Below, one piece after another: positions 37,301 through 46,228 of a DNA stretch of 64,000 bases. The translations under genes were made by a program, and so were the position numbers. The notes under the pieces are model-generated. The model was not told where the DNA came from and ran no database searches. It was given only the letters and a program-made list of their open reading frames with translations. Source of the DNA: Gemmatimonas sp. (GTDB lineage: Bacteria; Gemmatimonadota; Gemmatimonadetes; Gemmatimonadales; Gemmatimonadaceae); the NCBI GenBank assembly GCA_965279375.1, contig OZ257156.1, positions 1,376,001 to 1,440,000 of the forward strand, written 5' to 3'. Position 1 is the first letter of the stretch, and the number at the start of each line of letters is the position of its first letter.

Positions 37301-37690
37301 ATGAACTCATCTCTCGTCGTGGCAGCGATACTCGCCGTGCTTGTTGGCGCCGTGCACTCCGCCATGGGCGAGCTGGTCATCTTCGCCAAGCTGCGACAGG
37401 GCGGCGTCGTACCAACGCTCGGCGGCGGCGTCATCCCGTCGCGACAGCTCCGCATTCTCTGGGCGAGCTGGCACCTGCTCACGCTCTTCGGTTGGGCGAT
37501 CGCCGCGGTGTTGTGGCTGCTCGCCGCGGAACCATCGGGCGGCAGTCTGCGCGCGTCCATCCTGTACACAGTGGCCGGTGGCATGCTCTCGGGAGCGGTC
37601 GTGGTGGGCGGCGCCACCCGCGGACGACACCTCGGCTGGCTCGGCCTCCTTGGCGTCGCGGTGCTCACCGCATGGGGCGCGTCTCACTAG
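37301..37690 (+). CDS. Hypothetical membrane protein
   Basis: Four TM helices with VHS..GE, WASWH and RHLGW. Confidence 0.7.
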   Translation: MNSSLVVAAILAVLVGAVHSAMGELVIFAKLRQGGVVPTLGGGVIPSRQLRILWASWHLLTLFGWAIAAVLWLLAAEPSGGSLRASILYTVAGGMLSGAVVVGGATRGRHLGWLGLLGVAVLTAWGASH

Positions 37691-37800
37691 CGCGTCGCCT
37701 GTGGGTATTGACGAGACGAGCGCCGCGCGCGACATCGTACGCTGTCGAGTTCATCGCGCTCCGCCTCCCGCCGTCTCACGCCATGTACTGGCCTCGGACC

Positions 37801-39633
37801 ATGCGACGCATCGCCTCTCTCCTGCTGACCCTCCTCGCGTTGACGAACGCCGAGCAGGTGGGTGCGCAGGCGACCACGCGTACAGCGACACCACGTCCAG
37901 CGCGTCAGCGCACGTACGCGAATCCGATCGACATCGACTATCGCTACAACTTCGAGCAACTGAACCAAGGGATCTCGTATCGCTCGGGCGCCGACCCGGT
38001 CATCGTGGTGCAGGGAGGCAAGTACTATCTCTTTGAGACGCTTGGTGGCGGATACTGGGAGTCGAGCGATCTGGGCACGTGGCGACACATCACGCCGTCG
38101 CGCTGGCCGATCAACGACATCGTCGCGCCGTCTGCGCTGTCGGTGCGTGATACGATCTATTTGTTGCCGAGTACGACGAGTCCGCTGCCGATCATGATGC
38201 TGACGCAGCCGACGACCGGCCGCGTGGAGTTCTACAATCGGTTGATGCCTTGGCTACCGATGGCGCGTGATCGCGAAGGACTCACGCTCGCCAAGCCCGA
38301 CTCGGTGCAACCGGGCCCGTGGGATGCGCAGTTCTTTCACGATGCGGATACCGAGCGATGGTTTCTGTACTGGAATTCGTCGAACGCGTATCCGCTCCAC
38401 GGCATCGAGTTGGACAAGAGCAAGCGGCTCGTCTACAAGGGCACGCCCAAGTGGCTCTTCGGACTCGAGCCTGCGAAGCACGGGTGGGAACGCTTCGGGC
38501 GCGATCACCGTGACAGCACGATCACGCCGTTCATCGAAGGCGCGTGGATGACGAAGCACAACGGCACGTACTATCTGCAGTACGGCGCGCCCGGTACGGA
38601 GTACAACGGCTATGCCACCGGCGTCTATCTCGGGAAGGATCCGCTTGGACCGTTCACCTACGCACCCTACAATCCCGTTGCGTACAAGCCCGGTGGATTT
38701 GTTCAGGGCGCGGGTCATGGCAACACGTTTCAGGATGTGCACGGGAATTGGTGGAACACGGGCACGCCGTGGATTGGCGTGAACTGGAACTTCGAGCGCC
38801 GCATTGGACTGCATCCCACCGGTTTCGATGCGGATGGGCAGATGTATGTGGACACGCGCTTTGGTGATTATCCGCATTGGCTGCCAAGCAAGCGGTGGCA
38901 GTCGAGCGATGAGCTGTTCACCGGTTGGATGCTGCTGTCGTATCGCAAACCAGTGACGGCGTCCTCCGCGCGCGACAGCTTTCCCGCAGCGAGCATCACC
39001 GACGAGAATCCACGCACCTTTTGGGTAGCGAAGCAGAATCGCGCTGGTGAGTGGCTCACGGTCGATCTTGGTGCGCCGTACGACGTCAAGGCGATTCAGG
39101 TCAACTATGCCGACTACAAGTCGGGGCTCTTTGGCACCGACTCGACTGGTGTCACGCAGATTCGACTACACACATCGATGGACGGCAAGCGCTGGCGTCT
39201 CGCGGCCGATCTTTCGCGTGAACGCCGCGATCGCCCGAATGCGTACGTCGAGCTGTCTGCGCCAGCGCGCGCACGTTACGTGCGCTACGAACATGTGCAG
39301 GTGGGCGCTGCCAATCTCGCCATCAGCGACATTCGCGTGTTCGGCAACGGCGCAGGTCCATCACCCGCGACGCCGGCGGGTCTCACCGCTCGAGTGGAGC
39401 GCGATGCACGCAACGCGACGATCTCATGGCAGTCGGTACCCGACGCCGTTGGCTACAACGTGCGGTGGGGTGTCGCGCCGACCAAACTGTATCAGACCTA
39501 TCAGCGCTTTGTGGATGACGGCACGACGCTCGAGCTGCGCGCACTCTCGCTGGATGTGAACTACTGGGTCGCGATCGAAAGCTTCAATGAGCAGGGCGTG
39601 TCGTCGTTGAGTGCGCCAATTGCGATTCGATAG
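37801..39633 (+). CDS. GH43 glycoside hydrolase with F5/8 type C (CBM32-like) and FN3 domains
   Basis: GADPVI, FIEGAWM, YYLQY and GAGHG motifs, followed by DENPRTFW/WLTVDLG discoidin domain. Confidence 0.88.
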   Translation: MRRIASLLLTLLALTNAEQVGAQATTRTATPRPARQRTYANPIDIDYRYNFEQLNQGISYRSGADPVIVVQGGKYYLFETLGGGYWESSDLGTWRHITPSRWPINDIVAPSALSVRDTIYLLPSTTSPLPIMMLTQPTTGRVEFYNRLMPWLPMARDREGLTLAKPDSVQPGPWDAQFFHDADTERWFLYWNSSNAYPLHGIELDKSKRLVYKGTPKWLFGLEPAKHGWERFGRDHRDSTITPFIEGAWMTKHNGTYYLQYGAPGTEYNGYATGVYLGKDPLGPFTYAPYNPVAYKPGGFVQGAGHGNTFQDVHGNWWNTGTPWIGVNWNFERRIGLHPTGFDADGQMYVDTRFGDYPHWLPSKRWQSSDELFTGWMLLSYRKPVTASSARDSFPAASITDENPRTFWVAKQNRAGEWLTVDLGAPYDVKAIQVNYADYKSGLFGTDSTGVTQIRLHTSMDGKRWRLAADLSRERRDRPNAYVELSAPARARYVRYEHVQVGAANLAISDIRVFGNGAGPSPATPAGLTARVERDARNATISWQSVPDAVGYNVRWGVAPTKLYQTYQRFVDDGTTLELRALSLDVNYWVAIESFNEQGVSSLSAPIAIR

Positions 39634-39684
39634 ACGATCGCGTCTCGCACGACGATCACCAACGCTTCACGTGACGATACTCGC

Positions 39685-40101
39685 ATGACCGATCCTGCAG
39701 CCACTACAACGGCACCCGCTGCGAGTGCCCGACGCTTCTATCACGGAACGAAGGCATCGCTTCAGCGCGATGACTTCATTCAACCGGGCTATGCGTCCAA
39801 CTACACCGACCGCCGATCACCGTGGGTCTACTTCAGCGAGACCATCCACGCGGCAACGTGGGGCGCGGAATTGGCGAGAGGAGACGGCATGCCTCGCATC
39901 TACATCGTCGAGCCGACTGGCTCCTTCATGGACGATCCGAACCTGACCGACAAGAAGTTTCCCGGCAATCCGACCAAGTCGTACCGTTCGCACGATCCGC
40001 TTCGCGTGGTGGAGGAGCTGATGGGATGGCAGGGGCACTCCGCTGCGGAGATTCAGGCCATGCGCGATGGTCTCGCGGGGAAGGAGCCTATCGATGACTG
40101 A
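39685..40101 (+). CDS. arr: NAD(+)--rifampin ADP-ribosyltransferase
   Basis: FYHGTKA, SNY, VYF, WGAELA, IYIVEPTG and DDPNLTDKKFPGNPTKSYRS. Confidence 0.92.
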   Translation: MTDPAATTTAPAASARRFYHGTKASLQRDDFIQPGYASNYTDRRSPWVYFSETIHAATWGAELARGDGMPRIYIVEPTGSFMDDPNLTDKKFPGNPTKSYRSHDPLRVVEELMGWQGHSAAEIQAMRDGLAGKEPIDD

Positions 40102-40585
40102 CGTGCAGATCAGACTCGCGAGCGATCATGATCGCTCAGCGATTGCGGCGCTCATACTCCCGGTGATTCGCGAAGGCACCACGTACACGCTCGACACGCA
40201 CATGACCGAGGATGCGGCGCTGGCGTACTGGATGGCGTCGGACCGGACCACCTTTGTGGCTGAAGCAGATGGCGTGCTCGTGGGCACCTACTTCCTGCGC
40301 ACCAATCAGGCAGGGGGCGGACAGCACGTATGCAACTGCGGCTACATCACCAGCGCGGCAGCGCGCGGTCGCGGCGTTGCTCGGTCAATGTGTGCGCACT
40401 CACTCGCGTATGCTGCTGAACGCGGATACCGCGCAATGCAGTTCAACTTCGTGGTCAGCACGAACGAGCGCGCCGTGCGGCTCTGGACGTCGCTCGGCTT
40501 CGAGACAGTAGGCCGCCTTCCGGGCGCGTTTCAGCATCCGGTGCATGGCTATGTCGATGCGCTGGTGATGTATCGCACGTTGTAA
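40094..40585 (+). CDS. GNAT N-acetyltransferase
   Basis: NQAGGG.HVCNCGY, ARGRGVA, MQFNFVVSTN and GFETVGRLPGAF motifs. Confidence 0.88.
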   Translation: MTDVQIRLASDHDRSAIAALILPVIREGTTYTLDTHMTEDAALAYWMASDRTTFVAEADGVLVGTYFLRTNQAGGGQHVCNCGYITSAAARGRGVARSMCAHSLAYAAERGYRAMQFNFVVSTNERAVRLWTSLGFETVGRLPGAFQHPVHGYVDALVMYRTL

Positions 40586-40632
40586 CTACCACGCGCCAAC
40601 CAGCATCGCTGACGCATCATTCTGGAGCTGAC

Positions 40633-41502
40633 ATGTTCGCCTCTTTCGCGCGACGTCGAGTCGTCATTGCTGGACTGCTTGCGTTGCTGGCGGCATGCGA
40701 TCGCGCTGAACGCACGAGTGATCGCGCGAGTGATCGTGCCACCGATCGAATGTCGGATGTCGCATCAGCGACGCTTTTCGCGAAGGTCGGTCGTGGCGCG
40801 ATCTCTGCACCAGATTCGATTTCCTCCGGCTGGACGCGCGTGCATATCGAAGAACTCGAAGACACGCACATCGTCGTGGTCTTTCGTTTGCCCGCCACGA
40901 CGACGTTCGCCGAGCAGGCTGCGTTTGTCTCGGCGCTCGATGCGGCGCCGGGCACGCCCGAACCCGGCGTTGCCATCGGCGGACCGGAGGTTGGCTCGCG
41001 TGGCGATGTGATCGTCAACCTGACACCCGGCGTGTATGTGCTCGCGTGCGTGCGACGTGGCGAAGACGGCCATCGTCACGCGATCGCCGGTGAGTCGCGC
41101 ATGCTGCGCGTGACTGCAAGGCCATCGGCCGATTCTTCGCTGACCGCATCGTTGCACACTGCGACGCCGGTACGGATGGTGGACTTTGCGTACGTCGGTG
41201 AAGAGCATTGGAACGCGGGTGCGCAGTTGTTGCGTATCGAGAACACCGGAGCGCAGGATCACCAGTTGCGATTGGCACGACTCCGAGACGGCGCGACGCT
41301 GCAGTCGTGGATCAATGCTGATAACCCCGACACAGTCGCCACGACGGTGGCGGGCATGGCACGCGTGGGTCCCGGTCAGGTCGCCTATCTGCCAGTCGAG
41401 CTGTCAGCAGGGACGTACATCGCCTATTGCCTCGTCGCCGACGCGACGTCAAAGCGACCGCATGTCGAACTGGGCATGCTGCGCGCGATTCGGGTGCCGT
41501 AG
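40633..41502 (+). CDS. Lipoprotein with two cupredoxin-like repeats
   Basis: LAAC lipobox. PGVYVLAC...H and AGTYIAYC...H...GM motifs. Confidence 0.7.
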   Translation: MFASFARRRVVIAGLLALLAACDRAERTSDRASDRATDRMSDVASATLFAKVGRGAISAPDSISSGWTRVHIEELEDTHIVVVFRLPATTTFAEQAAFVSALDAAPGTPEPGVAIGGPEVGSRGDVIVNLTPGVYVLACVRRGEDGHRHAIAGESRMLRVTARPSADSSLTASLHTATPVRMVDFAYVGEEHWNAGAQLLRIENTGAQDHQLRLARLRDGATLQSWINADNPDTVATTVAGMARVGPGQVAYLPVELSAGTYIAYCLVADATSKRPHVELGMLRAIRVP

Positions 41503-41518
41503 CGCTACTGACGTGTCG

Positions 41519-41566
41519 CGCTACGACTCGCGCTGCGACTTGCGCTACAACTTTCGCTACACGTCG
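41519..41566. repeat. Degenerate 12-bp tandem repeat (4 units)
   Basis: cgctacgactcg / cgctgcgacttg / cgctacaacttt / cgctacacgtcg. Confidence 0.55.
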
Positions 41567-43320
41567 CGCGCAGCATCATGCGGTGCATCGCTCTTTGAGT
41601 TGCTCTGTGCATCGCGCCATTGCTCCAGTGCGGCCACACGCCGCTCGAGTGCAGACACGGTGGTCGTCGCGGGAGTGGTCTCGGTGTTGGTGCGCGGCGC
41701 GGGAGGCGACGTGAGCGTTCGTTCGTACGTTGACGTGACCGCACGCGGAGGTGTGGCCATGCGACCGCCGTTCGGTACGTCAGCGTGGTCCGCCGCGCGC
41801 ACGCCGATGGCGAGGAAGGCGCGTCCCGGTGCGCGCAGCAACGTCTGCCGAAAGACCCATTCCGCGATGGGCATCCGGAAGGGCGACCGCGACAGGCTGA
41901 CCAGACTGAAGCCGATCAACGAGAAGGATACGAGAATGAGTGCGGCCGCCGGCTTCTCGTTGGGCGGCGGGCCCGGGTTCCGCACTCGCCGGACGCTGTC
42001 GGCAGTTGCCGGCGCCGATTGCGTCCCCTTTGCACGAGAGGCGGCATCCTGCCGAGGCGGCACGACTACGACCACGGCGAGATAGAGCGCCAGCAGGCCA
42101 AGCGGAAGGCTGATCAGCGCGGTGCGGACGGCGCGACGTCGCCGGGTCACCACGCGCGCGACCTGACGGGCTTCGTCGCGCACGGTTGCCTGTTCATCCA
42201 CGACGCCTCGCAGGCCGCGCATCAGGTCATCGAGCGTGTATCCCATCTCGGCCATGCGTCGCACTTCGGACAAGCTTTGCCAGATACGCGCCACGCCAAC
42301 GGCCAGGAACAGCGACGCTGGTAGCAGGCGAACGTACAGAGGCATGAAGGTCGGCATGTCCCGCACCACGAACACGGCCATGCCAAGCACCAGCGTCAAC
42401 AGCAGCAGTAGCGTGGAGAGCTCCTGAACCAGACTGCGGATCTGCAACGGGATCTCGCGTGGCGCGAGTTGCGTCGCATCGATCGCTTCCACCAGAGACT
42501 CGGCGCTCTGAAAGCGCACGGCGGGATCCTTCTGGACGCAGCGATCGACGGCAGAGGTCAGCGACGCGGGGAGATCCGGGCGCAACAGCGCGAGTGATGT
42601 TGGCAGCTCCGTGAGCTGGCGGACGATGACGCTGCGTGGCGTGTCGGCCTCCATTGCCGTTCGACCGGTCGCTGCGAAGAGGGCGATGAGTCCGAGCGAG
42701 TAGACATCGCTGCGTCCGTCGAGCTTATCGGCGGTGGCTTGCTCGGGACTCATGTACTCTGGAGTGCCGACCACTTCGCCAATGCGCGTGAGTCCAGCCC
42801 GTGACGAGGTGACACCCGTGTCGATCGGACGGGCGATGCCGAAGTCCATGAGCAACGCACGGCCGGTCGCTCGTTCGATCATCACGTTGTCAGGCTTGAG
42901 ATCGCGATGCACGACGCCGCGTCCATGTGCGTACGCGAGTGCGTAGCCAAGATCCTGCAGCAGGCGAACGAGTTCGCGCATCCCGAACGGACCGGCGCGT
43001 CGGACACGCTCGGTTAGACTCTCGCCCTCCACGTAGCCCATCGCGAAGGCGAGGATGTCATCGGTCTCCTCGATCGCGTGCACCGGCACGATGTTTGGAT
43101 GCGAGAACGACGCCGACGTCCGTGTTTCACGCAGGAACCGCTCGCGGAGCGCGGGTTGGGCCGAGAACTCCGGTGGCAGCACCTTGAGCGCCACGGCGCG
43201 ATCGAGGCGCAGGTCCCGCGCCAGGTACACGGCGCCCATCCCGCCGCGACCGAGCTCGCGCTCGATCGCGTACTTGGAGCCCAGACAGGCGCGTACGTGC
43301 TCGATGTCGGTCGTGCTCAT
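41557..43320 (-). CDS. Hanks-type Ser/Thr protein kinase with C-terminal TM region
   Basis: LGRGGMGAVY, VALK, HRDLKPDN, DFG, GTPEYMSPEQ and DVYSLG motifs. Confidence 0.95.
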   Translation of the reverse strand: MSTTDIEHVRACLGSKYAIERELGRGGMGAVYLARDLRLDRAVALKVLPPEFSAQPALRERFLRETRTSASFSHPNIVPVHAIEETDDILAFAMGYVEGESLTERVRRAGPFGMRELVRLLQDLGYALAYAHGRGVVHRDLKPDNVMIERATGRALLMDFGIARPIDTGVTSSRAGLTRIGEVVGTPEYMSPEQATADKLDGRSDVYSLGLIALFAATGRTAMEADTPRSVIVRQLTELPTSLALLRPDLPASLTSAVDRCVQKDPAVRFQSAESLVEAIDATQLAPREIPLQIRSLVQELSTLLLLLTLVLGMAVFVVRDMPTFMPLYVRLLPASLFLAVGVARIWQSLSEVRRMAEMGYTLDDLMRGLRGVVDEQATVRDEARQVARVVTRRRRAVRTALISLPLGLLALYLAVVVVVPPRQDAASRAKGTQSAPATADSVRRVRNPGPPPNEKPAAALILVSFSLIGFSLVSLSRSPFRMPIAEWVFRQTLLRAPGRAFLAIGVRAADHADVPNGGRMATPPRAVTSTYERTLTSPPAPRTNTETTPATTTVSALERRVAALEQWRDAQSNSKSDAPHDAARDV

Positions 43321-43614
43321 GGGCGGAGTGGGCTAGAAGCGTCGGGATGCATCGCGGTGACAAGCAGTCGGATCACCACAACCAGTACACCTCAATGGCG
43401 GCTGACCACGCGTCGGCCCGAAGGTCCGGCGATACCCCGAGCTCACCGTGGAACATTGGAACCCGCGCCGCAGTAGGCACCCACGGCCCGCGAGTCTCGC
43501 GTGTGCCTTGGACGAATGCTGGGGGCGAATGTTAGGGACGAGTGTTGGCAGCGAGGGGGCGCGGACTCGGACGGGACGCGTTGTGGGCGAATCCCAATGT
43601 GGGCGGAGGGTGTG

Positions 43615-44127
43615 ATGCGGCTATCGAACGGGGCGTGGGGCCTTGGACTGGTGACGCTCCTGGCGTTGCCGGCGGCGGCGCAGGAGTCGGGCAACGACGG
43701 CGGGGTGGCGCCGGGTGCGCGAGTGCGATTCACCGTGGTGGATCTGCAGAGTCCGGAGGACTGGGCGGCGCGACGCATGACGCTCAAGGGCACCGTGCTC
43801 AGCGCGCAGGCGGATTCGCTGGTGATTCGCTACGGCGGCGCCTCGCAGCTCACCGTCCGGCGAGGCGCAATTGCCGATCTCGCCGTCAGTCGCGGCACCG
43901 AGCCAGGCTGGCGTGCGCGTCCGGGTCGCACTGCCTTGCAGGCGGCAATCACCGCGGCAGGGGGCTTCATTCTCGCGCGGTCCATGCAGACGCGGCGCAG
44001 CGCCACAGGGGTGGAGCGCCGGTCATCCTTGGTACCGCTCATGGCAGGCTCGTTCGTGTTGCAGTCCGCGCTGACGGCGAAGGTCGCGTTCGGACGCACC
44101 GAACGGTGGGAACCCGTGCTTCCCTGA
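43615..44127 (+). CDS. Secreted/membrane hypothetical protein
   Basis: GGAGG RBS, signal peptide, PGARVR...GT...ADSL and terminal ERWE motif. Confidence 0.65.
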   Translation: MRLSNGAWGLGLVTLLALPAAAQESGNDGGVAPGARVRFTVVDLQSPEDWAARRMTLKGTVLSAQADSLVIRYGGASQLTVRRGAIADLAVSRGTEPGWRARPGRTALQAAITAAGGFILARSMQTRRSATGVERRSSLVPLMAGSFVLQSALTAKVAFGRTERWEPVLP

Positions 44128-44294
44128 GGAGTCGGAGAAGGGCTGACGACGGACGCGGGCTGTTGCGTGGAACGCCGCTCTCCACCTACCGTGGACGCGC
44201 GTGCGCTGCGGTCCCGCCGTCGCATGCCGCGCACCCCGGGTGCAGCGAATTCCGAGCCCGCAGCGGCCCTTCCGAGAGCGAAACAGACCATCCC

Positions 44295-44711
44295 ATGGCA
44301 CAGCAACGAACGCCGCACTCGACACCGGCCGATTCGTCCACGGCGGTCGAGCAGTTCATGGCCGAGCTCACGCATCCGCACAAAGCCGAGGTTCAGCTGC
44401 TGCGAGAAGTCATCCTCGGCGCGTCGGCGGAGATCGCGGAAGGGATCAAGTGGAAGTCGCCGAGCTTTCGTACGCACGAGTACTTCGCGACGGTCAATCT
44501 GCGCGAGAAGAAGGGCGTCGGGGTCATACTCCACTTGGGCGCCAAGGTCAGGGAGCTTGCATCCGGTGGATTGGCGATAGCGGACCCGGCGAAGCTGCTG
44601 GACTGGCTCGCCGCGGATCGGGCGTGTGTGCGCTTCGGCAATCGCGAGGAGATCGATGCCGCGAGGCCGGCATTCCAGGAGCTCATTCGCGAATGGATAC
44701 GGCATGTCTAA
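44295..44711 (+). CDS. DUF1801 domain protein
   Basis: L.HPHK, LREVIL and EGIKWKSPSF motifs. Stop TAA inside GTCTAAC. Confidence 0.85.
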   Translation: MAQQRTPHSTPADSSTAVEQFMAELTHPHKAEVQLLREVILGASAEIAEGIKWKSPSFRTHEYFATVNLREKKGVGVILHLGAKVRELASGGLAIADPAKLLDWLAADRACVRFGNREEIDAARPAFQELIREWIRHV

Positions 44712-44825
44712 CGTTGCGTCGCAGGCGCGTCTGGTGTGCCGACGTCGCGGTTTCTGTTCACGAACCATGTCGCGTGCCCTATCCATCTCGCGTGTGTCGG
44801 GCGTAGAATCGCCGTCCGGCTAGGC
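44706..44825 (+). repeat. Isolated degenerate attC-like site
   Basis: GTCTAAC GTTGCGTCGCAG (cf. CTAAC CTTGCGTTGC) overlaps the stop codon; GTAGAATCGCC...GCTAGGC closes a 120-bp span. Confidence 0.5.
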
Positions 44826-44881
44826 AGCGGAGTGCATCTTCGCGTCTACCTGCGTTCACGCTCCCATTCCCGAGATGTTGG

Positions 44882-46117
44882 ATGAAAGAAGGCACACGTG
44901 TGTTCGTCGCCCTGGGCGCCGCGATCGTCATCGGCGCCCTCATCGCGGCGTCGGGTAGCGAGCAGGCGTTGCGGGTTGCAGATGCGGTTGCGCCACTCGG
45001 TGCGCTGTGGGTCACCGCGATTCGCATGACGGTCATTCCGCTCATTACGGCGCTGATCGTCACCGGCGTCGCATCCGCGGCGAGCGTGAAGGACATCGGC
45101 AGACTTGGCGTACGTACGATGCTGGTTTTCGTGAGCCTGCTGCTCGGTGCGGCGACCGTGATGGCATTCGTGGCTCCGCTGATGTTCACGATGCTGCCCG
45201 ATGGTGCGCGGCCGGAGTTGCCACCGGGGGCGGCCGATGCCGCCCGTGAGCTCACGACGGGCGCCCAGTCACAAACGATCGCGTCGTTCGTCACGTCGCT
45301 GCTGCCGAGTAATCCGGTTGGCGCGGCGGCCAACGGTGCGATGGTGGCGTATGTGCTCTTCGTGCTGCTGTTTGCCATCGCCGTTGCGAATAGCAGCAGC
45401 GAAACGCGCACCACCCTCGTCGGGTTCTTTCGAGCGCTGGGTGATGCGATGATGACGATGGTGCGCGGCGTGATTTGGCTGGCACCGATTGGCATCTTCG
45501 CGACGATGCTGCCACTCGCAGCGCATGCTGGTGCATCGATGGTAGGCGCCATCGGCCTGTACATCCTCGCCTACTCGGCGCTCTCGATGCTCATGGTCGC
45601 GCTGGCGTATCCGACGGTGGCTGTGTTCGGGGGTATTCCCATGCGACAGTTTGCGCGCGCCGCGCTCCCGGGGCAGCTGATCGCATTCAGCTCGAGTTCG
45701 TCGATTGCTGCGCTGCCGGCGCTCGTTACGGCGGCCGAAGTCGATCTCGCACTACCCAAGCGTGTGACCGGCTTCGCACTCCCACTTGCGGGTGCGATGT
45801 TCAAGCTGGCAGGCCCCAGTTCCTGGATGGCCGGAGCGTTGTTCATCAGCTGGTTCTACAACGTGCCGTTACACACGCCGCAGGTTGTCTTGCTCGCGAT
45901 CGCGTCCGCGTTTCTGGGCTTTGCGTCACCGGGCATTCCACGCGGCGCGTTTATCATGCTCGCGCCGCTGCTCTTGGCGGTGGGCCTGCCGGCGGAAGGC
46001 GTCGGCATTCTGATCGCGGTCGATGCGATTCCCGATACGTTCGCGACCGTGTTGAACGCGACGGGCAATCTGGCGGCGACGGCGATTGTTGCGCGCCGGA
46101 CTTCCAGCGAGTCCTAG
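44882..46117 (+). CDS. Dicarboxylate/amino acid:cation symporter (DAACS, GltP-like)
   Basis: IRMTVIPLI, LAPIGIFA, AFSSSSSIAALP and IAVDAIPDTFATVLN motifs. Confidence 0.9.
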   Translation: MKEGTRVFVALGAAIVIGALIAASGSEQALRVADAVAPLGALWVTAIRMTVIPLITALIVTGVASAASVKDIGRLGVRTMLVFVSLLLGAATVMAFVAPLMFTMLPDGARPELPPGAADAARELTTGAQSQTIASFVTSLLPSNPVGAAANGAMVAYVLFVLLFAIAVANSSSETRTTLVGFFRALGDAMMTMVRGVIWLAPIGIFATMLPLAAHAGASMVGAIGLYILAYSALSMLMVALAYPTVAVFGGIPMRQFARAALPGQLIAFSSSSSIAALPALVTAAEVDLALPKRVTGFALPLAGAMFKLAGPSSWMAGALFISWFYNVPLHTPQVVLLAIASAFLGFASPGIPRGAFIMLAPLLLAVGLPAEGVGILIAVDAIPDTFATVLNATGNLAATAIVARRTSSES

Positions 46118-46228
46118 GTCGATCCGCGTGCTTGCACATTGGCCAGCTGCCGGCAATGTTCGCTCCGAAACTCGCGCTGACCTAGGTTGACCGTTGTTCC
46201 CCTGTCGAGCCCTCTTCTCTGATCGTCC

